Part shown: piece after piece, positions 19,735 through 29,699 of the stretch
How positions within the stretch are numbered: position 1 is the first letter of the stretch
Layout of the letters: each line of letters opens with the position of its first letter
Origin: Yeguia hominis
GTDB taxonomy: Bacteria; Bacillota; Clostridia; Oscillospirales; Acutalibacteraceae
DNA length: 64,000 nucleotides
NCBI RefSeq assembly: GCF_014384705.1
Contig: NZ_JACRSN010000003.1
Span: forward strand, 125,113 to 189,112
Direction: 5' to 3'
The notes under the pieces: model-generated
What the model was told of the DNA's origin: nothing
The model's database searches: none
The model's input: only the letters and a program-made list of their open reading frames with translations
Position numbers and translations under genes: made by a program

Positions 19735-20673
19735 ATGCGAATTGTATTTATGGGAACCCCTGATTTTGCGGTTCCGTGCCTGCGCGCACTGCTGGCAGAG
19801 CCGGATTTTACGGTTTGCGGCGTGTTTACGCAGCCGGACAAGCCGAAGGGCAGAAAGCAGATTTTAACGGCGCCGCCGGTGAAGGAATTGGCGCTTGAAA
19901 ACGGACTTCCGGTCTATCAGCCCGCGACGCTTCGCAGCGAAGAGGCGGCGCAGCGGATTGCGGATTTAAAGCCGGATGTGATTGCGGTTGCCGCTTATGG
20001 AAAAATTTTGCCCAAGGCGATTCTCGAATTGCCGCCGATGGGCTGCGTCAATGTGCACGGATCGCTGCTGCCGAAATATCGCGGCGCGGCGCCGATTCAG
20101 TGGTCGGTCATCAACGGCGACGCGGTATCCGGCGTGACAACCATGCAGATGGCGGAGGGTATGGATACCGGAGATATGCTGCTGCGTGAGGAGACAAAGA
20201 TCCGTCCGGAAGAAACCGGCGGAACGCTGTTTGACCGGCTTTCCGAAATGGGCGCGCGGCTGCTGGTCCGGACGCTGCGCGGACTTGCAGCCGGAGAGAT
20301 CCATCCGGTACCGCAGCCGGAAGCAGAGGCCACTTATGCGCCGATGCTCAAGAAAGAAACCGGAGAAATTCACTGGGAAAAATCCGCGCGGGAGATCGAC
20401 TGCCTGGTACGCGGACTGAACCCTTGGCCGGTAGCGTGGACGGCCATAGACGGCAAGCGGCTTAAAGTCTATCGCGTTTGCCTGCGCGGGGAAACCGGCC
20501 CCTGCGGAAAAGCGGAAAACAAAGACGGCGCGTTTCTCGTCTATTGCGGAGACGGCGCGTTGGAGCTTGCAGAGATTCAGGCGGAAAACGGAAAGCGTAT
20601 GTCCGGCGCAGACTACCTGCGGGGACACCCGATTTCCGGAATGCTTTCGCTCGGTGAGGGTGCGGCAGAATGA
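19735..20673 (+). CDS. fmt: Methionyl-tRNA formyltransferase
   Basis: Formyltransferase N-domain (VNVHGSLLPKYRGAAPIQ). Immediately follows def. Confidence 0.9.
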   Translation: MRIVFMGTPDFAVPCLRALLAEPDFTVCGVFTQPDKPKGRKQILTAPPVKELALENGLPVYQPATLRSEEAAQRIADLKPDVIAVAAYGKILPKAILELPPMGCVNVHGSLLPKYRGAAPIQWSVINGDAVSGVTTMQMAEGMDTGDMLLREETKIRPEETGGTLFDRLSEMGARLLVRTLRGLAAGEIHPVPQPEAEATYAPMLKKETGEIHWEKSAREIDCLVRGLNPWPVAWTAIDGKRLKVYRVCLRGETGPCGKAENKDGAFLVYCGDGALELAEIQAENGKRMSGADYLRGHPISGMLSLGEGAAE

Positions 20674-22028
20674 TTGCAAAGACGGCAAGAAATGCAGCCG
20701 TAACGGCGCTCCTGAAAACGAATGAAAGTGAAGGATACTCCAATATTGTCATCGACAAGACGCTGGCGGAATTCGCGCTCGATGCGCGGGATTCGTCGCT
20801 GGCGTCCGCTTTGTTTTACGGCGTTTTGGAACGGCGGGACTATCTCGATTATATGCTTTCGCAGTTTTCCAAACGGCCGGTCAAAAAAATGGATCCGGCG
20901 GTGCGGGAGATTCTGCGCTGTGCGGCCTATCAGATTTTTTTCCTCGATAAAATTCCGGAATCCGCCGCAGTGAATGAGGCGGTCCGTGCGGCAAAACAGT
21001 TTGCCGGTCAGAAAACGGCAGGATTCGTCAACGGAATTCTGCGTGCACTTTTGCGCGGAAAGGACACCGTGGCGCTGCCCAAAGAAGAGGAGTCACGCCG
21101 GTGTCTCCTGCAGGGATGTCCGCTTCCGCTTTACCGTTTCTGGAAAGCAGCGTACGGCCCGGCGCGCAGTGCGGCGCTCGCTGCGTGCTTAGCAGAACGT
21201 CCGCCTGTATATCTTCGGGCAAACCTGGTAAAAATATCCACAGAGGCGCTGATCGAGCAGCTTTGCAGGGAGGGCGTTGCGGCAGAAGCGGAACCGCGTC
21301 TGCCGGGTGCTGTCCGGGTGCAGAAACCGGGAAAGCTTGCGGATTTACTTTCGTTTCGGGAAGGCCTGTTTCATGTACAGGATCTTTCCTCACAGGCAGC
21401 GTGCGCGGTGCTTGCGCCGACGCCGGGCAGCACGGTCGTGGATGTCTGCGCAGCGCCCGGCGGCAAGTCGTTTACGCTGGCGGAAATCATGGAAAACTGC
21501 GGCAAGGTGCTGGCATTTGACCTCTACAAAGGCAAAGTAGGACTGATCCGCAGCGGCGCAGCGCGTTTGGAACTTTCCTGTGTGGAGGCGGCGGTGCGCG
21601 ACGCAGAAAAGGCGGATGCGGGGGCGCTTTGCGGTGAATTTGTCTTGTGCGACGCGCCTTGTTCCGGGCTCGGCATCCTGCGGCGGAAACCGGAAATTCG
21701 ATATAAAGATTTGCGCACGCTCTCCGGACTGCCGGATTTGCAGTTCGCAATTTTAGAAAATACAGCAAAACTCGTCATGCCGGGCGGGCGGCTGCTGTAT
21801 TCCACCTGTACGCTGAATCCTGCGGAGAACGGCAAAGTTGCCGATCGCTTTTTGGCGGAACATCCGGAGTTTGAGCCGGAACCGGTTTTGCTGCCGGCTT
21901 TTTCGCGCGGCATGCAGGAACCCGAAAACCAGTTTACGTTCTTTCCGCCGGAAACCGGAACGGACGGCTTTTTCCTGGCGCTGTTTCGGCGCCGAGACGA
22001 ATCGCGGAACGGTCAGAATTTTGATTAA
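20670..22028 (+). CDS. rsmB: 16S rRNA (cytosine967-C5)-methyltransferase RsmB/Sun
   Basis: NusB-like N-domain, SAM-binding DVCAAPGGKS and the catalytic Cys motif (DAPCSG). Confidence 0.85.
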   Translation: MIAKTARNAAVTALLKTNESEGYSNIVIDKTLAEFALDARDSSLASALFYGVLERRDYLDYMLSQFSKRPVKKMDPAVREILRCAAYQIFFLDKIPESAAVNEAVRAAKQFAGQKTAGFVNGILRALLRGKDTVALPKEEESRRCLLQGCPLPLYRFWKAAYGPARSAALAACLAERPPVYLRANLVKISTEALIEQLCREGVAAEAEPRLPGAVRVQKPGKLADLLSFREGLFHVQDLSSQAACAVLAPTPGSTVVDVCAAPGGKSFTLAEIMENCGKVLAFDLYKGKVGLIRSGAARLELSCVEAAVRDAEKADAGALCGEFVLCDAPCSGLGILRRKPEIRYKDLRTLSGLPDLQFAILENTAKLVMPGGRLLYSTCTLNPAENGKVADRFLAEHPEFEPEPVLLPAFSRGMQEPENQFTFFPPETGTDGFFLALFRRRDESRNGQNFD

Positions 22029-22046
22029 TTAAAAGGAGGATTCCGG

Positions 22047-23093
22047 ATGCTGAAGGATATCAAATCCATGACGCTGGAAGCGCTGCAGGAAGAATTTTCG
22101 GCGCTCGGCCAGCCGCGTTTCCGCGCGGGACAGGTGTATCGCTGGCTGCAGCAGCGCGGCGTCTCGTCGTTTGAGGAAATGACGGATCTTCCTGGAAATT
22201 TGCGCGCAATTTTGCGAGAAAAGTATTACATATCTGTAGCAACTATTGAAAAAAGACAGATTTCTGATTATGATAATACGAGAAAATATCTGCTTCGTCT
22301 GCTGGACGGGGAATTTGTGGAATGTGTGTTGATGGAGTATCACCATGGGCTTTCGGTCTGTATTTCCACGCAGATCGGGTGCAAGATGGGCTGTACGTTC
22401 TGTGCGACGGGCAAAAGCGGGTTTTCCCGCAACCTGACCGCGTCTGAAATCCTTTCGGAGGTGCAGACCGTTGAACGGGATTCCGGACAGCGTATTTCGA
22501 ACATTGTATTGATGGGAATGGGTGAGCCGCTCGACAATTACGAGAACGTCATGCGGTTTTTGTCGCTCGTTTCCTCTGCGGACGGAATGAACATCGGCAT
22601 GCGGCACATTTCGCTTTCCACCTGCGGGCTGGTCGATCAGATTTACCGGCTGGCGGACGAAAAGCTGCAGCTGACGCTTTCGGTTTCGCTGCACGCGCCA
22701 AACGATGCAATCCGATCCAAGATGATGCCGGTGAACCGGAAATGGAATGTGGAAACACTTCTCAAGGCGTGCAGATATTATGCAGATACGACAAAACGGA
22801 GAATTTCGTTTGAATACGCGATGATTGACGGCGTAAACGACAGCGGCGCCTGCGCGCGTGAACTGGCCGGACGGCTGCGGGGCATCCTCAGTCACGTGAA
22901 TTTGATTCCGGTCAATACTGTGGACGGTGCGGCATACCGCAAAAGCGGCCGAATTCAGGCCTTTCAGGCGGCGCTGCAAAAATACGGCGTAACCGCGACG
23001 GTACGGCGGACTTTAGGTGAAGATATTGACGCTGCATGCGGACAGTTGCGGCGAAGAGCAGAAACGGAGGCGGATCTGAGTGCAGATCTATAA
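22047..23093 (+). CDS. rlmN: 23S rRNA (A2503-C2) methyltransferase RlmN (radical SAM)
   Basis: CKMGCTFCATG radical-SAM cluster motif. Confidence 0.9.
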   Translation: MLKDIKSMTLEALQEEFSALGQPRFRAGQVYRWLQQRGVSSFEEMTDLPGNLRAILREKYYISVATIEKRQISDYDNTRKYLLRLLDGEFVECVLMEYHHGLSVCISTQIGCKMGCTFCATGKSGFSRNLTASEILSEVQTVERDSGQRISNIVLMGMGEPLDNYENVMRFLSLVSSADGMNIGMRHISLSTCGLVDQIYRLADEKLQLTLSVSLHAPNDAIRSKMMPVNRKWNVETLLKACRYYADTTKRRISFEYAMIDGVNDSGACARELAGRLRGILSHVNLIPVNTVDGAAYRKSGRIQAFQAALQKYGVTATVRRTLGEDIDAACGQLRRRAETEADLSADL

Positions 23094-23817
23094 AAAGACG
23101 GACATTGGGCTGAGGCGAACATCCAATCAGGATTTTTGCGACGGCGGCCTGTTTGCCGATGGAACGGGCTGGCTCATTGTCTGCGACGGAATGGGCGGCG
23201 CGAACGGCGGGAATATTGCGAGCGCGCTTGCCGCGGAGGAGATCGGGAACGCAATCACGGATCTTTACGAGCCTTCGATGGACGGCGCGGCGATCCGGCG
23301 GCTGCTGCTCTCTGCGGTAGAGGGCGCCAATCTTTCCATTTACGATATGGCGCAGGCGGATCCAAAACTTTACGGCATGGGAACCACGGTCGTTACCGCG
23401 ATTCTGAAAGAGGATACGGCGCATATTGTCCACGTTGGAGACAGCCGCGCGTATCTGATTACACCGGAAGCAGCCAAGCAGGTGACGGTGGATCATTCGA
23501 TGGTGCAGGAGCTGGTTGATACCGGCAACCTGACGCCGGAAGAAGCCAAAAATCACCCGCAGAAAAATATTATTACCCGCGCGCTTGGTGTGCGCCCGAG
23601 CGTAAACGCGGAATACGACGAGGTTCCGTACCGGGCCGGCGACATTCTGCTTGCCTGCACGGACGGCATGTCCGCCTATGCAGACGAAGCAGACCTCTAC
23701 GCGCTTGCACAGCAGGCACAAGGGGAACAGCTTGCGGAAGACCTGGTCAATACCGCGATCGAAGGCGGCGGAAGCGATAATATCACAGTCGTCCTTGCGG
23801 ACAACAGAACGGTTTAA
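23080..23817 (+). CDS. stp: PP2C-family Ser/Thr phosphatase (Stp1)
   Basis: PP2C motifs (VCDGMGG, TDGMS). Classic position upstream of prkC. Confidence 0.85.
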   Translation: MQIYKKTDIGLRRTSNQDFCDGGLFADGTGWLIVCDGMGGANGGNIASALAAEEIGNAITDLYEPSMDGAAIRRLLLSAVEGANLSIYDMAQADPKLYGMGTTVVTAILKEDTAHIVHVGDSRAYLITPEAAKQVTVDHSMVQELVDTGNLTPEEAKNHPQKNIITRALGVRPSVNAEYDEVPYRAGDILLACTDGMSAYADEADLYALAQQAQGEQLAEDLVNTAIEGGGSDNITVVLADNRTV

Positions 23818-23833
23818 CGGGAGATGAGAAAAG

Positions 23834-25918
23834 ATGGATCAGATGGATAAATACTCCGGAAAACGGCTGGACGGCCGGTATGAGATTTACGAGCGGATCG
23901 GATCGGGCGGAATGGCAGATGTCTACCGCGCCTATGACACCATTGATGACCGGATTGTCGCAATTAAGATCCTGAAGGATGAATTTTCCGGAAACAGCGA
24001 GTTTTTGCGCCGGTTCCGCAACGAATCGAAGGCAATTGCCGTCCTGTCACACCCGAATATTGTGAAGGTCTATGATGTGAGTTTCGGAGACCGGATGCAG
24101 TATATTGTCATGGAATACATCGACGGCATTACGCTCAAGGAATATCTGAGCCGCCAGCGCGGGATTGCCTGGAACGAAGCGCTGCATTTTACATCCCAGA
24201 TTCTCTGCGCGCTGCAGCACGCACACAACAAGGGCATTGTCCACCGCGATATCAAGCCGCAGAACATCATGCTGCTGCCGGACGGAACCATTAAAGTAAC
24301 GGATTTCGGAATTGCGCGGTTCTCCCGCAGCGAGACCCGTACGATGACGGATAAGGCGATCGGCTCCGTGCATTATATTGCACCGGAGCAGGCGCGCGGT
24401 GATTTGACGGACGAAAAGGCCGACATCTATTCGGTTGGCGTAATGCTTTATGAGATGGTCACCGGACAGCTTCCGTTTGAAGCGGACAATGCGGTTTCGG
24501 TTGCAATCATGCAGCTGCAGTCCGACCCGCGCCCGCCCAAAGAGCTCAACCCCAATATTCCGGACGGCCTGGAGGAGATCATTCTGCGTGCGATGCAGAA
24601 AAATCCCTCGCAGCGGTATCAGTCTGCTTCTGAAATGCTGCGCGATATCGATGCATTCAGCCGCAACCCGAATATTGTGTTCGGCTATCAGTATGCCGAG
24701 GAGCCTGCACAGACGCAGTATGTCGACCCGGCCGAGGATCTCCGGGATTCCCGCGTTCCGGATTACGATGACAATTACGAATATATTGAGGACGATATTC
24801 CGCCGCGCAGTACCCGCTCGAAGCTGATTGTGAAGGGCATTATCGCGGGTCTGATCGTCATTGCGCTGCTGATTGCCGGCGTGGCAATTTTCCGGGCCTG
24901 CACAGCGGAGTCGGAAAGCGATACGATTGAATTGCCGAATTTTGTCGGCATGACGCTGGAGGAAATCCAAAACAACCCGGATTATACCGATAATTTTGAA
25001 TTTGTGATCGAGTATGATACCGATTTTGAAAAAGAAGAGGGCATTGTTCTTGAGCAGAAGCCCAGCGGTGTCAAAGAAGTTAAGATCGGCGCGACGATTA
25101 CGCTGACCGTAAACGGCGGCGCCAAAGAAGTCGAGGTACCGCCGCTTGCGGGCGAATTGCAGAGCGCTGCGGAAGAAGCTTTGCGGAAGCTCAATCTGAT
25201 TCCCAAAATTCAGAAGGTTTCCGATGAGGAAACCGCCGAAGGGCACGTGGTTAAAACCTCTCCGAAGGCCGGAAATACCGTAACGGAAGGCTCGACCGTG
25301 ACCGTATTTGTGAGCACCGGCCCGTCTACCGATGAATATGAAGTCCCGAATGTCATTGGGGATTATCTTGACACCGGCGTTTCGCGCATTACGGCGGCAG
25401 GACTTGCCAAAGGCGTTGTGACTGAGCGCGACGATACAGGCAAAGAGGCAGGCGTGATCATCGAAACCGATCCGCTGCCGGGCGTGAAGGTTTCCAAAAA
25501 TTCGCCGGTCAATATTGTGGTCAGCTCCGGCAAGATGTCTTCAAAGACGATCGACGTGACGCTGAATTTGCCGAGCAACGTTTCACAGGATCTGACGCTG
25601 AAAGTCTATGTGGGCGGAGAACTCAGCGAGACCAAGACCGTGAACCCCTCTGCCAGCACACAGCTTTCCTTCTCGTATGAAGGCAGCGAAGGCAAGCAGG
25701 AAGTGGTCTACTATCTGGATGATCAGAAATATCAGGTGATCGAACTCGATTTTGACGACGGCGATTATTCTGTCACCTGGCAGGGGGAATACGTGATCCA
25801 CACGCCGGATCCGACACCGGCGCCTCCGAGTGACGATCCGGATTCCTCTTCGGATGACAATTCGGGTCCCTCAGACGGCGATGTCAGCCGTGACGACGAC
25901 GGGGATCCGGTTGGCTGA
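23834..25918 (+). CDS. prkC: Ser/Thr protein kinase PrkC with PASTA repeats
   Basis: Hanks kinase motifs (VAIKIL, HRDIKPQN, DFGIA, APE), one transmembrane segment and about 3 PASTA repeats, plus an acidic C-terminal tail. Confidence 0.9.
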   Translation: MDQMDKYSGKRLDGRYEIYERIGSGGMADVYRAYDTIDDRIVAIKILKDEFSGNSEFLRRFRNESKAIAVLSHPNIVKVYDVSFGDRMQYIVMEYIDGITLKEYLSRQRGIAWNEALHFTSQILCALQHAHNKGIVHRDIKPQNIMLLPDGTIKVTDFGIARFSRSETRTMTDKAIGSVHYIAPEQARGDLTDEKADIYSVGVMLYEMVTGQLPFEADNAVSVAIMQLQSDPRPPKELNPNIPDGLEEIILRAMQKNPSQRYQSASEMLRDIDAFSRNPNIVFGYQYAEEPAQTQYVDPAEDLRDSRVPDYDDNYEYIEDDIPPRSTRSKLIVKGIIAGLIVIALLIAGVAIFRACTAESESDTIELPNFVGMTLEEIQNNPDYTDNFEFVIEYDTDFEKEEGIVLEQKPSGVKEVKIGATITLTVNGGAKEVEVPPLAGELQSAAEEALRKLNLIPKIQKVSDEETAEGHVVKTSPKAGNTVTEGSTVTVFVSTGPSTDEYEVPNVIGDYLDTGVSRITAAGLAKGVVTERDDTGKEAGVIIETDPLPGVKVSKNSPVNIVVSSGKMSSKTIDVTLNLPSNVSQDLTLKVYVGGELSETKTVNPSASTQLSFSYEGSEGKQEVVYYLDDQKYQVIELDFDDGDYSVTWQGEYVIHTPDPTPAPPSDDPDSSSDDNSGPSDGDVSRDDDGDPVG

Positions 25919-25921
25919 GCG

Positions 25922-26800
25922 ATGGAAGGATTGATTCGAAAGGGAATCGGCGGCTTTTACTATGTAGAGGCCGCCGGTACCCTCTATGAATGCAAGGCGC
26001 GCGGTGTGTTCCGCAAAGAAGGCATGAAGCCGCTTTCCGGCGACCGGGTGGAGATCACAACACAGCCGGACAGAACCGGAAGCATTGACCGGATTTATCC
26101 GCGCCGCAATATGCTGGTGCGGCCCCCGGTTGCGAATATTGACCAGCTGTTTTTTGTGACCTCGGTTTGTGACCCGGCCCCCAATTGCCGGATTATCGAC
26201 AAAACCATTGCGGTTGCGGAGGACAAGGAGATTGAGCCGGTTTTGGTAATCACGAAAACCGACATCGAGGACGGCGCCTGGCTTGCAGAAATTTACCGGC
26301 TGGCAGGCATCCGGGTGATTCCGTTTTCTGCGGTTTCCGGCGAGGGTGTCGAAGAAGTCCGCGCGCTGCTGCAAGGGAAAATATCAGCATTTACCGGAAA
26401 TTCCGGCGTCGGCAAGTCCTCGCTGCTCAATTGCGTGTATCCGGACTTTTCACTGCCCACCGGCGAAATCAGCCGGAAACTCGGACGGGGACGCCACACG
26501 ACGCGTGAGGTGGATCTGCTCAAGCTGCCGGATGGCGGATATGTTGCAGATACGCCTGGATTTTCCTCGATTGATATCGAAAAATGGGTCCGAATCCGAA
26601 AGGAAAACTTGCCGTTTTGCTTCCGGGAGTTTTTGCCGTATTTGAAGGACTGTAAGTTTACGTCCTGTTCTCATACCTGCGAAAAGGGCTGTGCGGTTCT
26701 GCAGGCGGTGAAGGATGGGAAAATTCATCCGTCTCGCCATGAAAGCTACTGCGCCATGTACGCGGAGGTCAAGGATCTGGCGGATTGGCAGATGAAATAA
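25922..26800 (+). CDS. rsgA: Ribosome small-subunit-dependent GTPase A
   Basis: Circularly permuted GTPase (NKTD, GNSGVGKSSL, DTPG) with a C-terminal zinc finger (CxFxxCSHxxEKGC). Confidence 0.9.
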   Translation: MEGLIRKGIGGFYYVEAAGTLYECKARGVFRKEGMKPLSGDRVEITTQPDRTGSIDRIYPRRNMLVRPPVANIDQLFFVTSVCDPAPNCRIIDKTIAVAEDKEIEPVLVITKTDIEDGAWLAEIYRLAGIRVIPFSAVSGEGVEEVRALLQGKISAFTGNSGVGKSSLLNCVYPDFSLPTGEISRKLGRGRHTTREVDLLKLPDGGYVADTPGFSSIDIEKWVRIRKENLPFCFREFLPYLKDCKFTSCSHTCEKGCAVLQAVKDGKIHPSRHESYCAMYAEVKDLADWQMK

Positions 26801-27186
26801 CACGGTGAGCAGCGTCAGAGAATGTTGCATTCAGAGGCGCGGCGGCGCGGTTCCGCTGCAAATTCGGACGGCTTTTTTTCTGCAAAGGATTGTAAATGAA
26901 TCGCGCGCAGAAGCTGCCCGAAACGTTTGCGCACGCATTCTGGCTGTGTCCGGGCGGCGGTTGCGCTGCGCGGCACCGGCGGCTTCGACTTTGCGGGTTT
27001 CAAGCGGAAACCAGATGCCTGAAACAGAGAACGCAAATTGTAGAAGGATGCATGCGGGCAGTCAATAGGACATTTTTACATCTGCAAAATCTGGATGCAG
27101 GAAATTTGACCGGCGGCGCTGGAAAAGACCGGTGCAGCTTTTGCCAACACCAAGGGGCAAACCAGGAACGTCGAAGGAGGATCCCG

Positions 27187-27654
27187 ATGAAAAAAGCCGT
27201 TTTATGGATTTGTGTGATCTGCGGTATTCTGGTTTTTACCGGATGCGGACAAAAAAATCTGCTTTCCGATTTTTCTGCCCGGTGCGGAGTCGATTTGACG
27301 CCGGGAAAAGTTGAATCCGTCAGCGATACGCACGGCGGCTTTCATGGGGATGGATATCTGTTGGCGACTGTGTGTTTTCCGGACGGCTCTGTTTACGAGA
27401 AGATGAAAACATCGGATCGTTGGCGGAATCTGCCGCTTTCGGAAAATCTCGAATCCTTTGTGTATCAGCCGTTTGATGACCGCGTATCGATTCCTCCGAT
27501 TGAAAACGGGCGGTATTATTTTTATGACCGGCACCATGAAAGTCAAAATCCGTATGACGATACGGGTTTTCTGGATCGGAGTTCCTATAATTTTACGCTG
27601 GCAATTTATGATGCCGACGCAAACCGGCTGTACTGGCTTGCATACGACACCTGA
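27187..27654 (+). CDS. Hypothetical lipoprotein
   Basis: Start at MKKAVLW behind GAAGGAGG. Lipobox LVFTGC. The ORF-track N-terminal extension (26896) is Cys/Arg-rich and not credible. Confidence 0.6.
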   Translation: MKKAVLWICVICGILVFTGCGQKNLLSDFSARCGVDLTPGKVESVSDTHGGFHGDGYLLATVCFPDGSVYEKMKTSDRWRNLPLSENLESFVYQPFDDRVSIPPIENGRYYFYDRHHESQNPYDDTGFLDRSSYNFTLAIYDADANRLYWLAYDT

Positions 27655-28418
27655 TGTTCAGCGAGTTCCGGCGCGGTATGGGCTGCTCCGAAACGTCCGG
27701 TATGGCGGGAGTGCTGTCAATGCATCCTGCAAAACCGGGTACGGCTTCTTTTTTCAAAACGTGTGCGTCTCGCCAATCGGATTTGGCGGGACGTTTTTTT
27801 GCAGCGTCCTTTTTTATGCTTAAATCGAACCATGCGTTTTTCGGAATGTCGGGCATCTCGCGCGTTTTTTGATCCGCATCGGAGAGCGGCGGAGAACAGG
27901 ATATTTAACTTGTATTGCGGAAGCGGCCGTCGCTGCCAGTTGAGGCGATCACGAAAGGGGTTGCTTCCCCCGCTGCAAGGCAAGCGGATAACCGCAATTC
28001 GTACCCTCAAACATATCCCCGGATCGCAATTGCCCACTTAGCGCCTGTGTAGGATCGATACAAACAAAACCGATTTTGGCGCCGGTTGTTTCGGCAGCTG
28101 TTTAAGAAGGCGCGCGGAGCGTAAAGCCTTATAGAACGGGCGCAAATCTCCGGCTTTGTCGAAGCATTTTTCGGAATCCGGATGTCCGCAAACAGCGTAA
28201 ATTCAGTGTAGGGTCTTTTTAGAAATTTCGGTCCGGCTGCCAATGTTTAATCCGGCTTTAAATAGGCCGAATTCAAACAAAGTCCCAAAACAGAGCGCCG
28301 TCCCGTGCAGGAAACCTGTCCGGACGGCGCTGGCTTTTTTATGTGTGCGGAAAAGATCGGTCGGACAGACAGCGCGCGTTGACAGCAAAGAGCGTCCCTT
28401 GTGTCGGTGATGGAGAAA

Positions 28419-29666
28419 TCATACCGGTAAAAGCGAACAGGGCTCCTGCAGATGGCCGGCGCTGCGGGAAAGTTCCTGTTTTTCCGGAACGAGCAAAATG
28501 CCTCGCTGCAGAGCACTTTGGCCGTATCGTTTGCGGACGGCGTCAACGGCGGCGTTGAGTGCTTCTTCTTTTTGCAGATGCAATCCCCCCGGATCGGAAA
28601 ACAGGGAAAGCTGCTCATGCTCCTGATGCAGCAGGTTGCAGGCGCGGACGCTCAGCGTGCGGACGGGCTGATCTTCGGGATGACTCTCCAAAAATAGGGA
28701 GAAGGCCCGTTCAAAAAGCGCTTCGGTTGCGCGCGCCGGTGCAGAAAGCGCGCCTTGCCGTTCATAGGAGCAGAGCGTATGGTCCCGGACACCAATCTGG
28801 ACGGTGCGGCAAAGTGCGTGCGCCTTCCGCAAGCGTGCGGAGACGCTTTCGCACAACAGGTAAAAGACGGCGCGGAAGTCGGCTTCTTCCGTGAGATCCC
28901 GGGGCGTGGTGGTGCTGTTTCCGATGCTTTTGGCGTCCGGTGCATTTTGCATCGCCGTGACCGGCGCGCAATCCAGTCCGTTGGCATATTGCCAAAGCGT
29001 GACGCCGTTTTTTCCGAGCAGATGCCGGAGAAAGGCTTCATCCGCGTTTGCGAGTTCTCCGATTGTCCGCACGCCGTAGCGGTGCAGCTTCTGGCAGGTG
29101 GATTTTCCGACAAAGAGCAGCGCGCTGACCGGAAGCGGCCAAACAATTTTTTGAAATTCTGATCGGGGAATATGGGTTGTGGCATCAGGCTTTTTCAGGT
29201 CGGAGCCCAGTTTGGCAAAGACTTTGTTAAAGCTGATTCCGACGGATGCGGTCAGACCGAATTCTTTGCGGATTCTCGTCCGAAGTGCGCCCGCAATGGA
29301 GGAAGCGTTGCCGAAAAGCCCGGTGCTTCCGGTGACATCGAGCCAACATTCGTCCAGCCCGAAGGGTTCGATGCAGTCGGTGTATTCTCCGTAAAGCGTC
29401 TGAAGCGCTTTGGAATATGCGGAATAGCGGCTGTGGTGGGGCGAAACGAAGGTAATGTCGGGACATTTCTGTTCGGCCTGCCAAAGCGTGTCGCCGGTCT
29501 GTACGCCATATCGTTTGGCGAGTTCATTTTTTGCAAGTACAATGCCGTGGCGCAGAGCGGGATCCCCTGCAACGGCAAACGGAATTTTCCGCAGATGCGG
29601 CGCATAGAGCGCTTCTACGGAAGCATAAAAATTGTTAAGATCACTGTGTAAAATCAGGCGATCCAT
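28419..29666 (-). CDS. dinB: DNA polymerase IV (Y-family, DinB)
   Basis: UmuC/DinB motifs (DLNNFYASVE, SVGISFNK). GGTGGTG SD. A LexA box lies upstream. Confidence 0.9.
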   Translation of the reverse strand: MDRLILHSDLNNFYASVEALYAPHLRKIPFAVAGDPALRHGIVLAKNELAKRYGVQTGDTLWQAEQKCPDITFVSPHHSRYSAYSKALQTLYGEYTDCIEPFGLDECWLDVTGSTGLFGNASSIAGALRTRIRKEFGLTASVGISFNKVFAKLGSDLKKPDATTHIPRSEFQKIVWPLPVSALLFVGKSTCQKLHRYGVRTIGELANADEAFLRHLLGKNGVTLWQYANGLDCAPVTAMQNAPDAKSIGNSTTTPRDLTEEADFRAVFYLLCESVSARLRKAHALCRTVQIGVRDHTLCSYERQGALSAPARATEALFERAFSLFLESHPEDQPVRTLSVRACNLLHQEHEQLSLFSDPGGLHLQKEEALNAAVDAVRKRYGQSALQRGILLVPEKQELSRSAGHLQEPCSLLPV

Positions 29667-29683
29667 CGCGATTCACCACCATT

Positions 29684-29699
29684 TAGAACATATGTTCTA
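29684..29699 (-). promoter_or_regulatory. LexA (Cheo/SOS) box for dinB
   Basis: TAGAACATATGTTCTA is a perfect GAAC-N4-GTTC palindrome. It sits directly downstream of the TATACT -10 of a TTGCAT-17-TATACT promoter (29705..29733, minus strand). Confidence 0.8.

Noticed and set aside
26896-27186. N-terminal extension of the lipoprotein ORF (MNRAQKLPETFAHAFWLCPGGGCAARH...)
   Set aside because: The extension is Cys/Arg-rich and precedes a canonical signal-peptide start (MKKAVLW...LVFTGC) that has a good SD. The real start is 27187.
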